NCBI GenBank assembly: GCA_004431415.1 | Contig: QPMI01000452.1 | Location: forward strand, 186,001 to 250,000 | Reading direction: 5' to 3' | Source of the DNA: Cyanophora paradoxa CCMP329 | Lineage: Eukaryota; Plantae; Glaucophyta | DNA: 64,000 nt | Shown here: positions 1 through 17,800 of the stretch, in pieces | How positions within the stretch are numbered: position 1 is the first letter of the stretch | How the letters are laid out: each line of letters begins with the position of its first letter | Notes under the pieces: generated by a model | Database searches by the model: none | What the model was told of the DNA's origin: nothing | Seen by the model: only the letters and a program-made list of their open reading frames with translations | Made by a program: the position numbers and the translations under genes

Positions 1-1995
1 CTGCCGCATGCTGCACAGCTGGCACCTCCCGCACGCGGACGCGGCGCACCTGCGCGAGTCCGAGCTGCGGGAGCCCCCCAGCGTGGCGCACTCCGCCTTC
101 CTCCTCCTCTTCCTCCTCGCCTTCCGCGGCCGCCAGGGGCGCCCCGGCGAGGCCGACGCCGCGGCGCGCGCCGTCGCCGAAGGCATCCTCGCCCAGCAGC
201 GGTGCCGCCGCGTCTTAATATACTCTACATACTCTCTCCGATTAACACTTGACCGGCGAATTCCATCGTGAAGGGGGAACGGCTCGCTGAAGATTCACTT
301 CGACCCCGCGCTCCCCGACGACGGCTGGGAGCTCTACGCCGGAGAGGTACCGTACTGGACTTGGTTTCGCTTTCGACAGGTCGCGATATATACAATATTA
401 ATGGTTTCTCCGCAGGCGCTGCTGGCGCTGGCGTCGGCGGGCCGCGCCTGGCGCGACGCGCGGCTCCTCGAGGCCGTCGCCCGCGCCTTCGCCTTCTACC
501 GGCGCGTGCCCTCTTAATCGTGATCGAAATAAATCAAAAGAGCGCCCCGCCCTGATATCGATCACGAGAGCGATAGCGAGGGGCCTCGGCCCCCTCGCTC
601 ATACGATCGCGGCTCCGCGCAGGCTGACGCCGCCGACGGGGGGCTACCTCGCCTTCGCGTCGAACTGGACGTGCCAGGCCGCCGCCGCCCTCTACTTCGC
701 CGCCGCCGACCTGGTGCCCCCGGCCCGGCCTTGTAATTGGTTCAACCTTTTTCATTTAGCAATTGATCTAGGGTTCTTACGCGACCCCCTCGTAAGATCC
801 TTGATAACCAATTCGACCTTTGATTTTAGCACTCGAGCTCGAGTTCTTACGCGGCCCTCTTTAATTTGCGATTGCATTCCAGGACCGGCGCGACCTCGCG
901 GGCCCCGCCTGTTCCATCGTCGCCGACCTCCAGGTCCGATCCCTCTCAAATCTCCGGAGATTATATCCTCGAGCTCTGATCTGATTCGATGTGCAGAGGC
1001 GCCTGCTCGACTCGCACTTCTGGTGGCACGTCGAGCGCTCGCCCGAGCGGCAGGCCGTCGTCGAGGCGAGCGCATTTATAATACGCGATGAAATCACCGA
1101 GTCGAGGAAGCTAAGAATGCTGGGAAACTAATTAACAGCTCTCAGGTCGCGTGCGGGGCGGAGGGTCTCGCGGACGCGTTCGCCGTCGCGCGCCACCGCT
1201 CCGGTGCGCAGCCAGCGGCTGCCGCGAGCGCGGGAAATTCGAATTCGATGGAATTCGAATTCGAAGCTGACGCTAGCGCTGGCCATGGATCACGATCATG
1301 ATCAGGCGCCGGGGACGCGGGGGCCGCCCGCGCGGCCCGCTCCTACGCCCAAGCCCTCGCGATCGTGAATTGAATTCTGTCATTATGACCACGTTGCGGG
1401 TCGGAAACGTTAATAAGCTGACAGAAGTATAATTTCCGCAGGCGTCCCGCTTCCTGCTGGACGCGCAGCGGCCTTCGGGCCGCGGGGCGGGCGGCTTCCC
1501 GCACTCTCGCACGAATCCGCTGCAGGTCGGTGGCCATGCGATGCGGGTCAATCCGCGGCCGGCTCGCTTTCGATCGATCAAGCGCGAGCAGTTCCTGATT
1601 CGGCGCGCCGGCAGCGGCTGGACGTGACGGGGCACGCGGCGAGCGCGCTGCTGAAGATCGCGGCCCTGCAGCTCGGGGAGAGATCGCCGGCCGGCGCCGC
1701 CCTGATCATGATCATGGTCACGTGATCAAGCCTGGCGGGGCTAGCTAGGGTCGGCACGCGTACGTATATACGGGCGCCCGCATCGAATATTTTTATGGTA
1801 GCGGACCTACTAGCGGTACCGGTGTGCCACGGTGTTGGTACTACTAGCTTGGTAAACCTCTTGTCAGCCACGCGAGTATTTTATTCAAGCGGGTAAAACT
1901 GTACATGTATTCGAGTTTCCGCGCAAAATTGAACAGTGACGTCTGCGGCTGCGGACGGGGCCCGGGCTTGTGCCCGTGCCCCGCACGTGCCCCGT

Positions 1996-1997
<2 letters not shown>

Positions 1998-2055
<58 letters not shown>

Positions 2056-2134
2056 ACACACACACACCCCCCGGCCCACACCCCACCCCTCCGTGCACCG
2101 ACTCCCCCCCCCCCCCCCACCACCACCACCACCA
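1998..2134. repeat. poly-C tract, (CA)n and (CAC)n microsatellites
   Basis: About 43 consecutive C, then CA dinucleotide repeats, further C runs and CAC repeats. Confidence 0.9.
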
Positions 2135-2567
2135 CGCTGGCCATGGTAGTAGGAATCATAGGGGTACGTAGTCTAGTACCGTAGTACCCAGAGAACGCTT
2201 TTCGACTCGTACGAGCCTAAGTACCGGGAGCATTTTTCTTCTCAGCTGCAGGTACTGGTCGTGGAAGCGGATTTTTTTTATTTTGACTGATTCGCGGCGC
2301 CGGCGCCCGCTCCGGCCCCCGGGGCCTGCAGACAGTGCAGGGCCACGTACTAGCTATAGTCAGTGTATTAGTCACTGAGTACTGCAGGGCAGTGCAGGGC
2401 ACTGCAGGGCCAGTGCATGCGCAGGCTGCAGTTACAGTGCAGTATAACCTACTAGCCTATATATATAGTACTAGCCTAGTAGTAGGCTACTAGTAACTAG
2501 TTGGATATCTAATACTAGACTATAATAATAATATTAGCTATAAGCTGCAGCTTAATTGAAGGTACCG

Positions 2568-2633
2568 ATTAATGCGCCCCCTAATTGATGCGTTTTCCGC
2601 TGGCAAAATGCATTGATTCGGGGGCGCATTAAT
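2568..2633. repeat. imperfect ~65-bp palindrome in an AT-rich segment (possible MITE remnant)
   Basis: ATTAATGCGCCCCC (2568) and GGGGGCGCATTAAT (2620-2633) are perfect inverted arms; imperfect pairing continues inward. Confidence 0.6.
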
Positions 2634-3279
2634 ATCGAAACGCTAAGAAAACTGCGGTATGTACCCCCGGCCCCTATATATCGCAGGCAGAAAGCTTTAA
2701 TATAAAACGCATTAATTTGGTGCCGCATAAATATGCATACGAGGGGTCCGGGTCCAAATATGCATTTAAGGTTTTTCCGGTACTAGTATCGCGGGCCGGG
2801 CCGGCCGGGCCCGGCCCGGCCGGCGCCGCCGGCGTCGGTCACCACTGGCACTGACTCACCAGTGCAGGACCAGTGGTCCTGGCAGTGGACCATGGCCACT
2901 GCAGTCTGCAGGTGATCGTGACTCTCCACTGGACCAATTGCAATTGCCGCAAAATTGCATCGATATCGGCCCAATTATCGGGCCTTCTCGGCCCGGCGCC
3001 GCGGCGCCGTGGCGCGGGCCGGCGGCGGCGGCGCGCGATTCATGATATCGATTGATTTTCGGCGCATATAAAAAGCACCTCAGCGTCTGCGCATGCGCAT
3101 TGCGCAAACGGCATTTCACTTTCGGTGCGGCCTCCCCAGAGTCCCCACTAGGGCCCCGGGCCCCCACAAGCGCGTTCGCCTTGGCTTAGAACCGCACGCC
3201 CACCGATATCCGTGAGATCGCCCCGAGCTCATCGAGGCTGCAGCATAGGCACCCATTACTCGTTCCCAGAGCAGCCAAC

Positions 3280-4413
3280 ATGGGACCAGTCCTCGGTACC
3301 ACGTCTTCTTCCACTTCCTCGAGTTCCTCGGCGACGCAGACGGTCGAGTACGATCCGAATCATCAAAGCGGCGGGAGCTGCAACACTTCCCTGGCGGCCT
3401 TCCGCACCTCCACGGGAGAGACCATCACCGGCAAAATCTTCAGGGAAACCGATGTGCGTCTCCCACGTCGTAGTCGGTCGACGTCGCTCGAGGTTGCGCG
3501 CATGCGCATCTCGCGATCGAATTCGAATTCACTGTCCATGTTATGATCATGACCATGCATATGGCGCCGGCGCATCGCAATACAATTACATATACGTATA
3601 CGACATCGCAATTGACCGTTGTGCGCCCCTTACGATGCGCAGTGCATTAACACCGATTCGAACTCCTTCTTCACCTTCACCACCACGAAGGATTTGACGT
3701 CGACATTCGGCGACGGTGTACTCCGAGGTCAAGTGCGGACAATCTGTGCCGGCCCGGGATACAGAGTCTGTGCGTTGAAGATTGAGATTCAATATGTTAT
3801 ATTATTTGGCGTTATCAATGGTGCTGATCACGCTGCGCATCGACTCCGCAGCTGTGTGCCACCCGGTATGGGATATGGAGTGCATCCGCAATATCCCAAA
3901 CTTCAGTATTCTATACACCCCGTACGAGGAGAAAATAAAATGCCTCATTCCTTGCGAACAAGGCAAGGTCGTATATGTAGACGGGAGGAATGTTTGGAAT
4001 CAGGACCTGCCTTACTGCAAAGACTTGCCGAAGACGGATTCCGGTGATTATGTGCGTTACATATTTCGAATTCCTCTGCTGCCGTCCACCGCGTTATATA
4101 ATTACGAGCGATTCTCTTCTGAATTCGGATTTGCCAACAGAAATGGGAGAACTACAAGATTACGAAGCTTCATGATCAGCTGGACTCGGAGATCCAGGTG
4201 CGTCTTTGCAACTGGAATGGCTGCCTGGCCCGGCGGCGCCGCGCGTCTAGGCCTGATTCGAGCTCTCCTGCTGCGGGGAAGGCGGTGGACGAGGAGCCGG
4301 CGACGGAGGCGGAGGCGGAGGCGGAGCAGGTCGAGGAGGAGCTCGATGCCGAGCTCTTCGACGTCGCCGCCGACGCCGGCATCCAGGCCGCCTTCCTCGC
4401 CGAAGACGCCTAG
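3280..4413 (+). CDS. multi-exon hypothetical protein (~230 aa, Cys-containing core, acidic tail)
   Basis: Exons 3280-3453, 3643-3769, 3852-4051, 4141-4197 and 4282-4413 join in frame. All four donors are GTGCGT and all acceptors are AG. No family recognised; the start is uncertain. Confidence 0.5.
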
Positions 4414-4898
4414 CATGGATCCGGAGAGCCCCTAGGCCTGCGCCTCCTTGCAATTGTGTTTGGATGTATACGTATACGTAGCTACAGGCTGTTTGAGTTT
4501 CCAGCACTTGCTCAAATTTAAGCGCTTGCTGAAACCGTGCTCTCGTATGCATTTGAAAAATAGAAACACCCAATCCAAAGCTACTGCAGCCTGGCAGCTG
4601 TGTTGCCGAGTTAAGTTCGGCCACGAAGCTTTAATTAATTTAAAAAATGGATTATGAACCCGTATATTAATCGATATCTAGGCTATAGCGCCATTGGCGG
4701 CTTCGTGTACTTGCGATTGCCGAGAGATACGCAAGGAATCTCGGTCGAACATTGGAGCGAAACTCGACTGGTGCTGATTTCGGTCGAAAGTTGGAGCGAA
4801 TCGATCGATATCTGTGCAGTGTCGGGCTGCAGCTGTATCTAAATCTCGACAAAACTGGCCTTTCGGGCTCCGGCACCTCTTCTGAGCGCAGTTCGATC

Positions 4899-6897
4899 AT
4901 GGGCGGGGCAGATACCAACTCCACCACATGCACATCGGGCGCGCGCACGCCTACACGCGACAACGAGTTTCTCTTCGACGGGGACCGTGCGCGCCTGCCC
5001 GAAATATGAAGTGCTTTGCAATTATATTGACTACATTGCGCGGCGCGCAGGACGCGCGCCAGGCTTGCTACGAATTCCAGAAAATAAGAAAGCGAAACAT
5101 TTTCTGAACATCGCGTTCCTCGGTGAGCTGAACTCGAAGCTCTGCTGCCGGGCTCCGGATCCTCATGATCATGATCAATGAATTTCGCAGGGGCTGAGGG
5201 GCTCGGTACGCGCTGCTTGATTCGACGTGCTCGCGATGTGCACGGGGCCGGGCCGGCCACGATGCGAATGCGTATGTGCGCAGGCAAGACAACTTCCATC
5301 TTTGCGCTCCTTCACATCTATGGCCTGAAGAAGGAAAAGCTGGATGAGATCGTAAAAAAGTGCGCGTCAATGTTTACACAACGCTAGTCGCTAAGCGAAC
5401 GATTGAAATGCGCTCAGACACCGCATGCACGAACCGACGAAGGAAGTTCAGGCAATTGAAATTGGCAATGATGATGAATTGCCCGGATCAAACGTCGTAC
5501 TGTCGTTCCTCGATTTCCCGGGCTACAACGTCAGCACGGGGGCTAAGTGGTACGTAAACGAGCGATTTCGATTTCGATTCCGATCTCAAATATTAATATC
5601 ATGATCAATTTCGTGGACGTCGATAATGGGTTTCAGGTTGACGACAGTCGAAGACACACTCCGCTCCCGGATCCACGCTTATTCTGACCGCAAGAGCCGT
5701 TATGTGACGGGAGGAGAGCTCAGCGACGAGGAGGTCAGGATTTGAGCATGCACTCTATATAAAGCTAAATTTTTTCGATTCTGATAATGGACGTGAATGC
5801 GTAAATTTATATTGCAGAAGAAGATGTGCTCTTGCAACGTGGACGAAAGAATTCATCTCGCCATTTTCTTTATCGGGCCGCACAGGTTTGCATGCGCAAA
5901 ACGTTTTATAATTAATTATGAACTTGACGCATGCGCGAAACTGATCGATATCGTGCGATAATCCGCAGCCGCATCTCCGACTTTGACATTCAAGTCATGA
6001 CTGAAGTCCGGAAGTGCGATAGTACCCTTTGGCTTGCAATTAATGCTCAGCTGGTGTTATTTCGAGTTGCTAACCGTTGCATTCTGCGCACTCATTTTTT
6101 GTAGGAAAGCAAATCTCACAGTTGTTATCGCGAAGTCGGACGCTATGACAACGGCAGAGGCCAAAGGTAGACGCCTTGCGAATTTGAATTTTAGAAGCCC
6201 ATCTGCCAGGCTGATGGAAGCACGAATATTTTTGCGAAGGTCAGCGAGGAGATCCGCGTGGCAGGCCTGGACTTGTACAAGCCTTTTGATGCAGACACTG
6301 ACGTGAATGTATCCGCCCATACATCAAGCTGCAACGAGGTCGATTGACTTCTCCTATTGCAAGCAACGAATTCGAACTGACCGCATGGGCCGTGCCATGG
6401 CCATGGCCCGCCATTTTTCAGGGCGCTTTCGGGCCCGTGCCGCCGTACTCCATCGTCAGCTCGCGCGAGTTCAATCACGAGGGCGAGCTTTCGCGTGTGT
6501 ACAACTGGGGCACGTGCCGCGGTGCGAGCTGACATTAGAGTCAAACTTTTCGAACAATCGATATCGCTATTCGCAGTCGAGGACGGGGCTCATTCGGATC
6601 TTTGCCTGCTTCGTGAGGCTCTATTTTCAGAGTCGTTCTACAGGACCCTCGAGGAAACCGACCGGTGAGTTCGGGATGTCGTCGGTTTTTGAATACTCTA
6701 GACGTTTGAATTTTATTCGATTCATGCGCAGGCTGATGAGAAGCTACAACGCGAGTCAGCGGGAGGAGCGGCAACGCCGGGAGGAGGAGGAGCGGCAGCG
6801 CCGGGAGGAGGAGGAGCGGCAGCGCCGGGAGGATAAGGAAGAGCGGCAGCGCCAGGAAAAAGAACGGCGCCGCGGAGATTCATGCCGCATTCAATGA
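4899..6897 (+). CDS. septin GTPase (about 12 exons) with C-terminal charged helix
   Basis: Spliced translation gives NIAFLGAEGLGKTT (G1), EPTKEV (switch I Thr), LDFPGY (G3), DERIHLAIFFIGPH, DFDIQVM, VVIAKSD (G4) and the septin unique element PPYSIVSS...RVYNWGTCRVED..HSDL.LLR. The tail is EEERQRR repeats. One junction near 6167-6230 does not close in frame. Confidence 0.85.
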
Positions 6898-7878
6898 TCA
6901 TCGCTAGTACTGCAAGTCGTTATATTTAATGATTCACAAATATTATGACTCAGTGATCATGTGCATTGTCTTTCCATTAATTATATAATGCATATAGTCG
7001 CAACGGGCAGTGCCACGGTGATCGTGAGATTTTGGCCACCGCGCCGGCCGCGCGCGGGCTTGCGCACAATTTCAACAAAGTTATGAGCGAAGCCTTGATC
7101 ATGAGGCCTTGGTACCGCCAAGCCTTGCCAAGTTGAAGCCCGATGCTGCGACCTACAACGTCGACCGATCGCGACGGATTGAGCGGCGAGGAGGCGAGAA
7201 CTGCTCAAATAATTAGCGGAGCCGCGCCTTCGAATTCAAGGCTTTAATTAACTGCATAATGGAAATAGGACAGAGGGCCGCTGGTTGACATCGCCCTCCA
7301 CTGCAAGCTTGAATCATAAAGACCCTGCAGCTGTGACCGCCGCGCGCGGGCCGCGCCGCGGCGCGGACGAGTACGAGCTCGAGGTTGGGATCCCGGAGGC
7401 CGTGAAGGGCAGCGCCGCGATCGTCGCGGCCTAGGGGCCTAGCTATAGGTCGACGGCCTAGGGGCCGGGTGTTGATATGGTTGGCGCGTTCTGTGTGGGG
7501 CAGAAAGGCTGCGCATGAAATCGAAGAGCGCCGAGTCGAATTCTACATGCATAGCTAGCTATAATTATAAATGAAAATTGAACGTAGCGGCCGCGGCGGT
7601 CGCGCCTGGTGACTTCTAGCTATAGCTATAGATCTGGGCGCCGGCGCCGCGGCAGATCGAGAGTTCAATTGCAAGCACGAAGTGACCACTCGCTCGCAAT
7701 CGGGCCCCGGGACGGGGTTCGAGGCGGCCCAAGTCGGCATGCACAAGACATGAAATTCGAGGCATTCGAGACTGTGGGGCATGTATAGATGAATTAATAT
7801 TCGAAGAGACTGGAAGGCGGCGACCTTGAGACATGCACGCTGGACCTACGTATACAGATTCGCATCCGCCCCGCGATC

Positions 7879-9480
7879 CTACTTGATGTGCGGCGGGGGC
7901 GGGCTGTACTCCAGCCGGTCTGCGCGGGGGCGGCGCGGGGCGGGGCGGCCCGGGGCCGGCGCCTCAGCGGGGGGCCCGGGCCCGGCGGCGAGCGGCGAGC
8001 GCCGGGCCGGGGTGCGCTCACCCGGCCCCTTCATCTCGTACCCTTCCGTGGCGATCTCGTCCAGCCAGCCGGCGCGGGCCGAGGGGAAGGCGTCACAGTA
8101 CGGCTGCAGGGGCGGGCGAGCTCAGCGATTGCCAGCTGCAGTGAGCGGGTGAGCCCGGCGCCCGCCGGGCCGCGCGCGCGCACCACGTAGGGCTTGATGT
8201 CCAGGACGGCTGCGCGGTGCGTGAGGCGGGGTACAGCCCCGGGGTGGGGGGTACGCACGCGTCCAGTCCAGGAGGTCGATACCCCGCACCTGCCCGTGCG
8301 CCGGTGCCCGCCCGTCAGCAAGAGCACCTCGGACACGAGGCTCGGAGCCGACTCGGGCGCTCGCCTTCAAGATGCGACCGTGTACCCCGACCAGTCGCAC
8401 CGCGGAGAGCGCTGCGAGGCGGAAGGCCCTCGGATGCCCGAAGGGGGGTACTGAAAGGGGGGGGAGGGGGGGGGGCGCACCCATCGGGTTCGGCCGGTGC
8501 GGGGCCCGCGTCGCCAGTACCCCGCGCTTGACCTTGGGGCCGCGAGGGGGGGTAACCTGCGCCGAGGCGCGCGTCGGACGCGCGCCGTATGATGCTTTGA
8601 TACTCCACCCCTCACCAGCGGATTCCTGGGGGGGGGGGGTATAAGAATCGAAACTTCGGAAAGTCTTCACAGAAGTGCGGGGCTAATGACGGCGCACCAG
8701 CCCTTGTTGAGATGCATCCAGCTTCGAAGTAGCAAAGGGAGGCGCGCCCAGATCGGCGGCGGTACGCAAACACGCGGGGGCAGGGACGGGGGTACCTGAT
8801 CACCCAGATGTACTCGAAGCCCTCGAGGCCGCGGACGGCGAGGTCCAGGTTCAGGCCGGGGTTCTGCAGGGCGCGGGGGGGGCGAGCGGAAGGGGCGGTC
8901 AGCAGTCGGTCTGCCGGGGCGCGGGGGGCCGGGGGCCGGGGGCGCCAGGTGGATCTCGGCCTCCGCCTCCTGCCCGCCCACGATCTGCTGCGTGATGGGC
9001 GCCTGCCGCGGCGTCCCGAACCGCTCCTGCGGCGCCCCGGCGCGGTCAGCGGCCGGCGCGGCGCGGCTGCCGGCCCCGCGCGCCCTCGCGGCCCGCTCGC
9101 CTTGTAGGGGCTCCGCACGTAGCCGATCGGCTTCAGCCTGCGGCCGCAGTGAGCGCTGTGCACGCCTTCCATCAGAGACAATACGAGCGCACATAACCTC
9201 AGCCGGTGGCTCGAACTTCTCGCTGCGGGCGCGCGGCGCGCGAATAATCCAAGTCAGCTATCGCGCAGCATTTGCGGCGGCCGCCCCCGCGGAGCGAGCG
9301 GCACGCGTACGTGTAGTTCTGCGGCGGCTTCTTACGCAGCGCCTCGCTGCCCGCCGCGTTCTCCTCCGCGCCCCCGGCAGAGCTGGTGATCGGTGCGCCC
9401 CAAGCCGGCGCTGGCGGCGGGCTCAGGCTCCGCGCTCGGCGAGGCCCGCCGTGGAAGGTCCGTGCCATTCTCTCAGCCAT
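7879..9480 (-). CDS. TRMO: tRNA m6t6A37 methyltransferase TrmO/TsaA family
   Basis: Spliced motifs LKPIGYVRSPYK|ERFGTPRQ, GLEGFEYIWVI, RGVLATRAPHRPNP, RGIDLLD, VLDIKPYV, PYCDAFPSARAGWL. Confidence 0.9.
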
Positions 9481-10054
9481 ATCGGCGCTTCCGCGGAGCG
9501 GCGGGGGCGCGGCCAGGAACGGGTTCCTCAGGACAAGCGGCCGCCTGCTGGATTGCGCGCAGGCTGCGGGTGCCGCTAGAACAGGTCTATGGAGCTGACT
9601 CGGACCGGGGAAGATGCAGGAGAATGCGGGGCGCATGCGCGCAGCTTCGATCGGTCTCGACTAGATGCACAACTAGCCGCAGGCCAGCAGCGCCGCTCAC
9701 TGCAGCTGAAACGCGCCGATAGCTATTACCTAAGCTGCTGCGCCGCAGTGCTCGAGCTCTTCTCTAGATCTGCCCCGCCCGTGCTCAATTTCGCGATGTA
9801 CCCGGCCGCAGCTTCGGCCCCATGGCCACAATTCGAGGTTTACGGCGCCGGCGCCGGCCGGCGCCCCACCGTACCGGCCGGCGCTTGTCAGGGCCTGGAG
9901 CCCATGGCCAGCCCTAAAACCTAAAGATGCCGTCCCCTATAGCTAGCTGAGCCCTTGGCGAACTTGCCAGTTGGCGGGTGAATGCGTGAGTGTGGACATA
10001 TGAGGATGAAGTACAGCGCGGGGCGGCGGGCCCCCCCCGCCCCTGCCCCGCGGC

Positions 10055-14717
<4,663 letters not shown>

Positions 14718-14890
14718 CTCGGCGCCGCGTCCCGGCCGCGCCCCGCGCCAAGGCGGGCCGCGGCTTCAGGCCGAATCACTACAACTGGTCGCGGTGCGGC
14801 CGGCTGCACCCTCAGAGCGCCCTTCGAACGAGCTGATCCCAGACACGTACCCCACCCGGACTGCCCCCCTCCCGCGAATTCGCTCGCCCG
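14718..14890. promoter_or_regulatory. putative bidirectional promoter between the ZnT5-like gene and NRDE2
   Basis: Inferred divergent ATGs at 14717 (-) and 14891 (+) are 173 bp apart. Confidence 0.5.
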
Positions 14891-17800
14891 ATGGTTCGCA
14901 TTCGCGCTCCCTCGCACGCGCGCGATGCCCTTCTCACGCGATCCACGCAGGCGGACGAGCCGCCGAGGGCCAGGCCGCCCGCGGCGCCGCTGTTCCCCGC
15001 GTTCGCGGGCGCGGCTCAGCAGGCGCAGCCACCGGCGCCCGCGGGAGGCCTGTTCGCCGCATATGCAACACCTACCACGTCTACGACTGCGGCCCCGACC
15101 GGTGAGCCCGATCCCGGGCGACCTGTCGCGAAGTAGTTGTGGCCGGCTCTCGCGAGCCATCGCGCCACGATCCCGCCACAAGCACTGCCTGACGCGATCC
15201 CGCGTTCATCGCGCACTCCTGCAGGCGCGGGTTGGCTGCGTGCTTCGAGCTACGTGCCGCCCCCGGAGCAGCCCAGCTCATCGGAGCGGGCCTCCCGCTA
15301 CGTCGTTGAGGATGCGGAGCTGCCGGCACCTGCGCCGCTCTCGGCACTCGCGGTGGTCGGCGGAGGCGGGAAGATTCTGGAGGGGCTGGACGAGGACGAC
15401 CCGGTCGTGCAGCTGGCCAAGATCCGCGCCCGCAAGGCGCTGGCGCTCGAGCGGCAGCAGCCGCAGCGCCGCGCGCCGGAAGAGTACGCGCTGGTCGACA
15501 GCGAGGGGGAGGAGGTGGACGACATGACGGGCCCCGCCGGCGACTCGCTGCCCGTGCTGGCCGAGGACCAGCGCGGCTGGGAGCGGGCCCTCGTGGAGGA
15601 GCGCGTCCGGCGCGACCGGGAGAAGGCGCGGCAGCGGCGGAAGGAGCGCAAGCGCGAGAAGAAGCGGCGCAAGAAGGAGAAGGAGCGGTCGGACACGGGC
15701 TCGGCCGCCGGCACCGACCGCGAGGAGGGCGCCGGCGGGACGGACCGCGAGCAGGGCGCGGCCGGCGACGAGGAGAAGAGGAAGAAGGACAAGGAGAAGA
15801 AGAAAAGGAAGAAGAAGAAGTCGCGCAAGAGCTCCTCGTCCTCCTCCTCCTCGTCCTCCGAGGGCGAGAAGGGCAAGGCCCGCCCCAAGCGCGAGCTGGC
15901 GCTCGCCATGCGCCCCGCGGAGCCCCCGCCCGCCGGTGCGCCCGCTCCGGGCCCGTCCCGGCGCCTCTGCTTGCTCCTCCGCCCTCCTGACAGGCCCCGG
16001 CGCGCAGAGGGCAAGTTCACGCTCGAGGCCAAGCCCGACCCGAACAACCTGGCGTACGAGTCGCTCTACAGACTGGACGTACCCGGCTACAAGGTCCAGC
16101 GGGGGTACCAGCTCTTCCAGAAGAAGGGCGGCCCGGAGGAGCTGGCCGGCGGCGAGGCGGCCGAGCGGCGGCGCGTGTGGAGCCGCCGCCGTGGCGGCTT
16201 CGAAGACGTCATAGAGGTCGAGCGCGGCGGCGGAGGCGGGGGTACGCGCTACTTCGAGCAATCCGTGCAGGACAAGGTGCGGGGCCGCTCCCGTGCGTAC
16301 CCCCAGCAGAGGGCGCCGCTCACATGTCTGGGCAGGCGGAGCGGGGCAAGGACCGCGTTGTGGACATGAGCAGGCAGGCCCTCATCGCCAAGGGCCTGGG
16401 CCCGGCTCTCGCGGGAACAAAGGTGCCGGCGCCCGCGGCTCCTGCCCCTTCCCGCCTCTGATGTGGCGCGCCGAGCAGACGCGCCGGAAGATCCAGGAGT
16501 TCATTCCCCTCGAGGTACGTCTTACCCCCCATCGTTTCCAGTTATGATGATCCGTACCATTTTAAGTTTTTCACAAATTTTCACTCGAAAATTTTGAGTG
16601 CACTGTTTAGATCATTCTTAGCCCATTTTATTCTTCGGGCTGCCTGGATGCTAGCAGCTGGTTGGAAACGGTGGGCAGACTAAATCCGCTATTTACCTGA
16701 TGGGGACCGCGGGCCTTTCCCCGCAGTCCCTAACATTCAGGCGGATACATTATCATTAAATGACTCGATATTTACTATCTTAATGGCTAGGAGCCCATTT
16801 TATTCTTCGGGCTGCCTGGATGCTAGCAGCTGGTTGGAAACGGTGGGCAGACTAAATCCGCTATTTACCTGATGGGGACCGCGGGCCTTTCCCCGCAGTC
16901 CCTAACATTCAGGCGGATACATAATCATCATATGACTCGATATTTACTATCTTAATAGCTAGGAGCCCATTTTATTCTTCGGGCTGCCTGGATGCTAGCA
17001 GCTGGTTGGAAACGGTGGGCAGACTAAATCCGCTATTTACCTGATGGGGGCCGCGGGCCTTTCCCTGCGGTCCTCAACATTCAGGCGGTTACATCATTAT
17101 ATCTCTAATCTGTGAAGTGTTTAGAGCCCATTTTATTCTTCGGGCTGCCTGGATGCTAGCAGCTGGTTGGAAACGGTGGGCAGACTAAATCCGCTATTTA
17201 CCTGATGGGGGTCGCGGGCCTTTCCCTGCGGTCCCCAACATTCAGGCGGATACATCCCTCGCCTTCCTTCCTTCCTTCCTTCCCTCCTTCCTTCCTTTCT
17301 TGCCTGCCGCGGCCTCGCGAACGGGGCTCACGCGCCGCGCGCTCGCTTGCTCGCAGGTGATCGCGGAGCTCGACACGGTCGGCTCGAAGTGGGACAAGAA
17401 GAAGGAGGAGGCCAAGGCCATGCGCGAGAAGGAGCAGGTGCCCGCCCCGCACCCTCCGCGCGCCCGTCCCGTCGATCTCCTTCTGAGCGGCGGTCGAATC
17501 TGGCAGGAGCGGCAGCGGGCGATGGAGGCGAAGAAGGGTGCGGCCGAGCTCCAGGAGGAGGCCGAGCGCCTCGCCGTCTTCGAGGTGCGCCGCCCTCGGC
17601 CCCGCGTTGCGGCATGGGTGGGTGGGGTTTCGAGGGCATAAAATTTCTTTTTGGGCTCCGAGTTGCGCGTTTTGGGTGTTTTTCCGATGGTGATTCTGCC
17701 ATCTTCTTCGCACATTGGATAGTGTTTCGTGTTTTTGCTCTTTCTTGCTTCTGCTTTTTACCGCTTCTCTGCCACGGATGCGGCCCGATAGCTTCGGCGT

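Noticed and set aside
1-271. Possible exon of a gene at the left edge
   Set aside because: Frame and strand are ambiguous and no motif is recognisable.
3782-4435. 217-aa ORF with an apparent signal peptide
   Set aside because: The hydrophobic start falls in the inferred intron 3770-3851; the spliced model fits better.
1820-7030. Helitron ends around the GTGCCACGGT motifs (also at ~33665)
   Set aside because: No convincing hairpin+CTAG terminus and no Rep/helicase.
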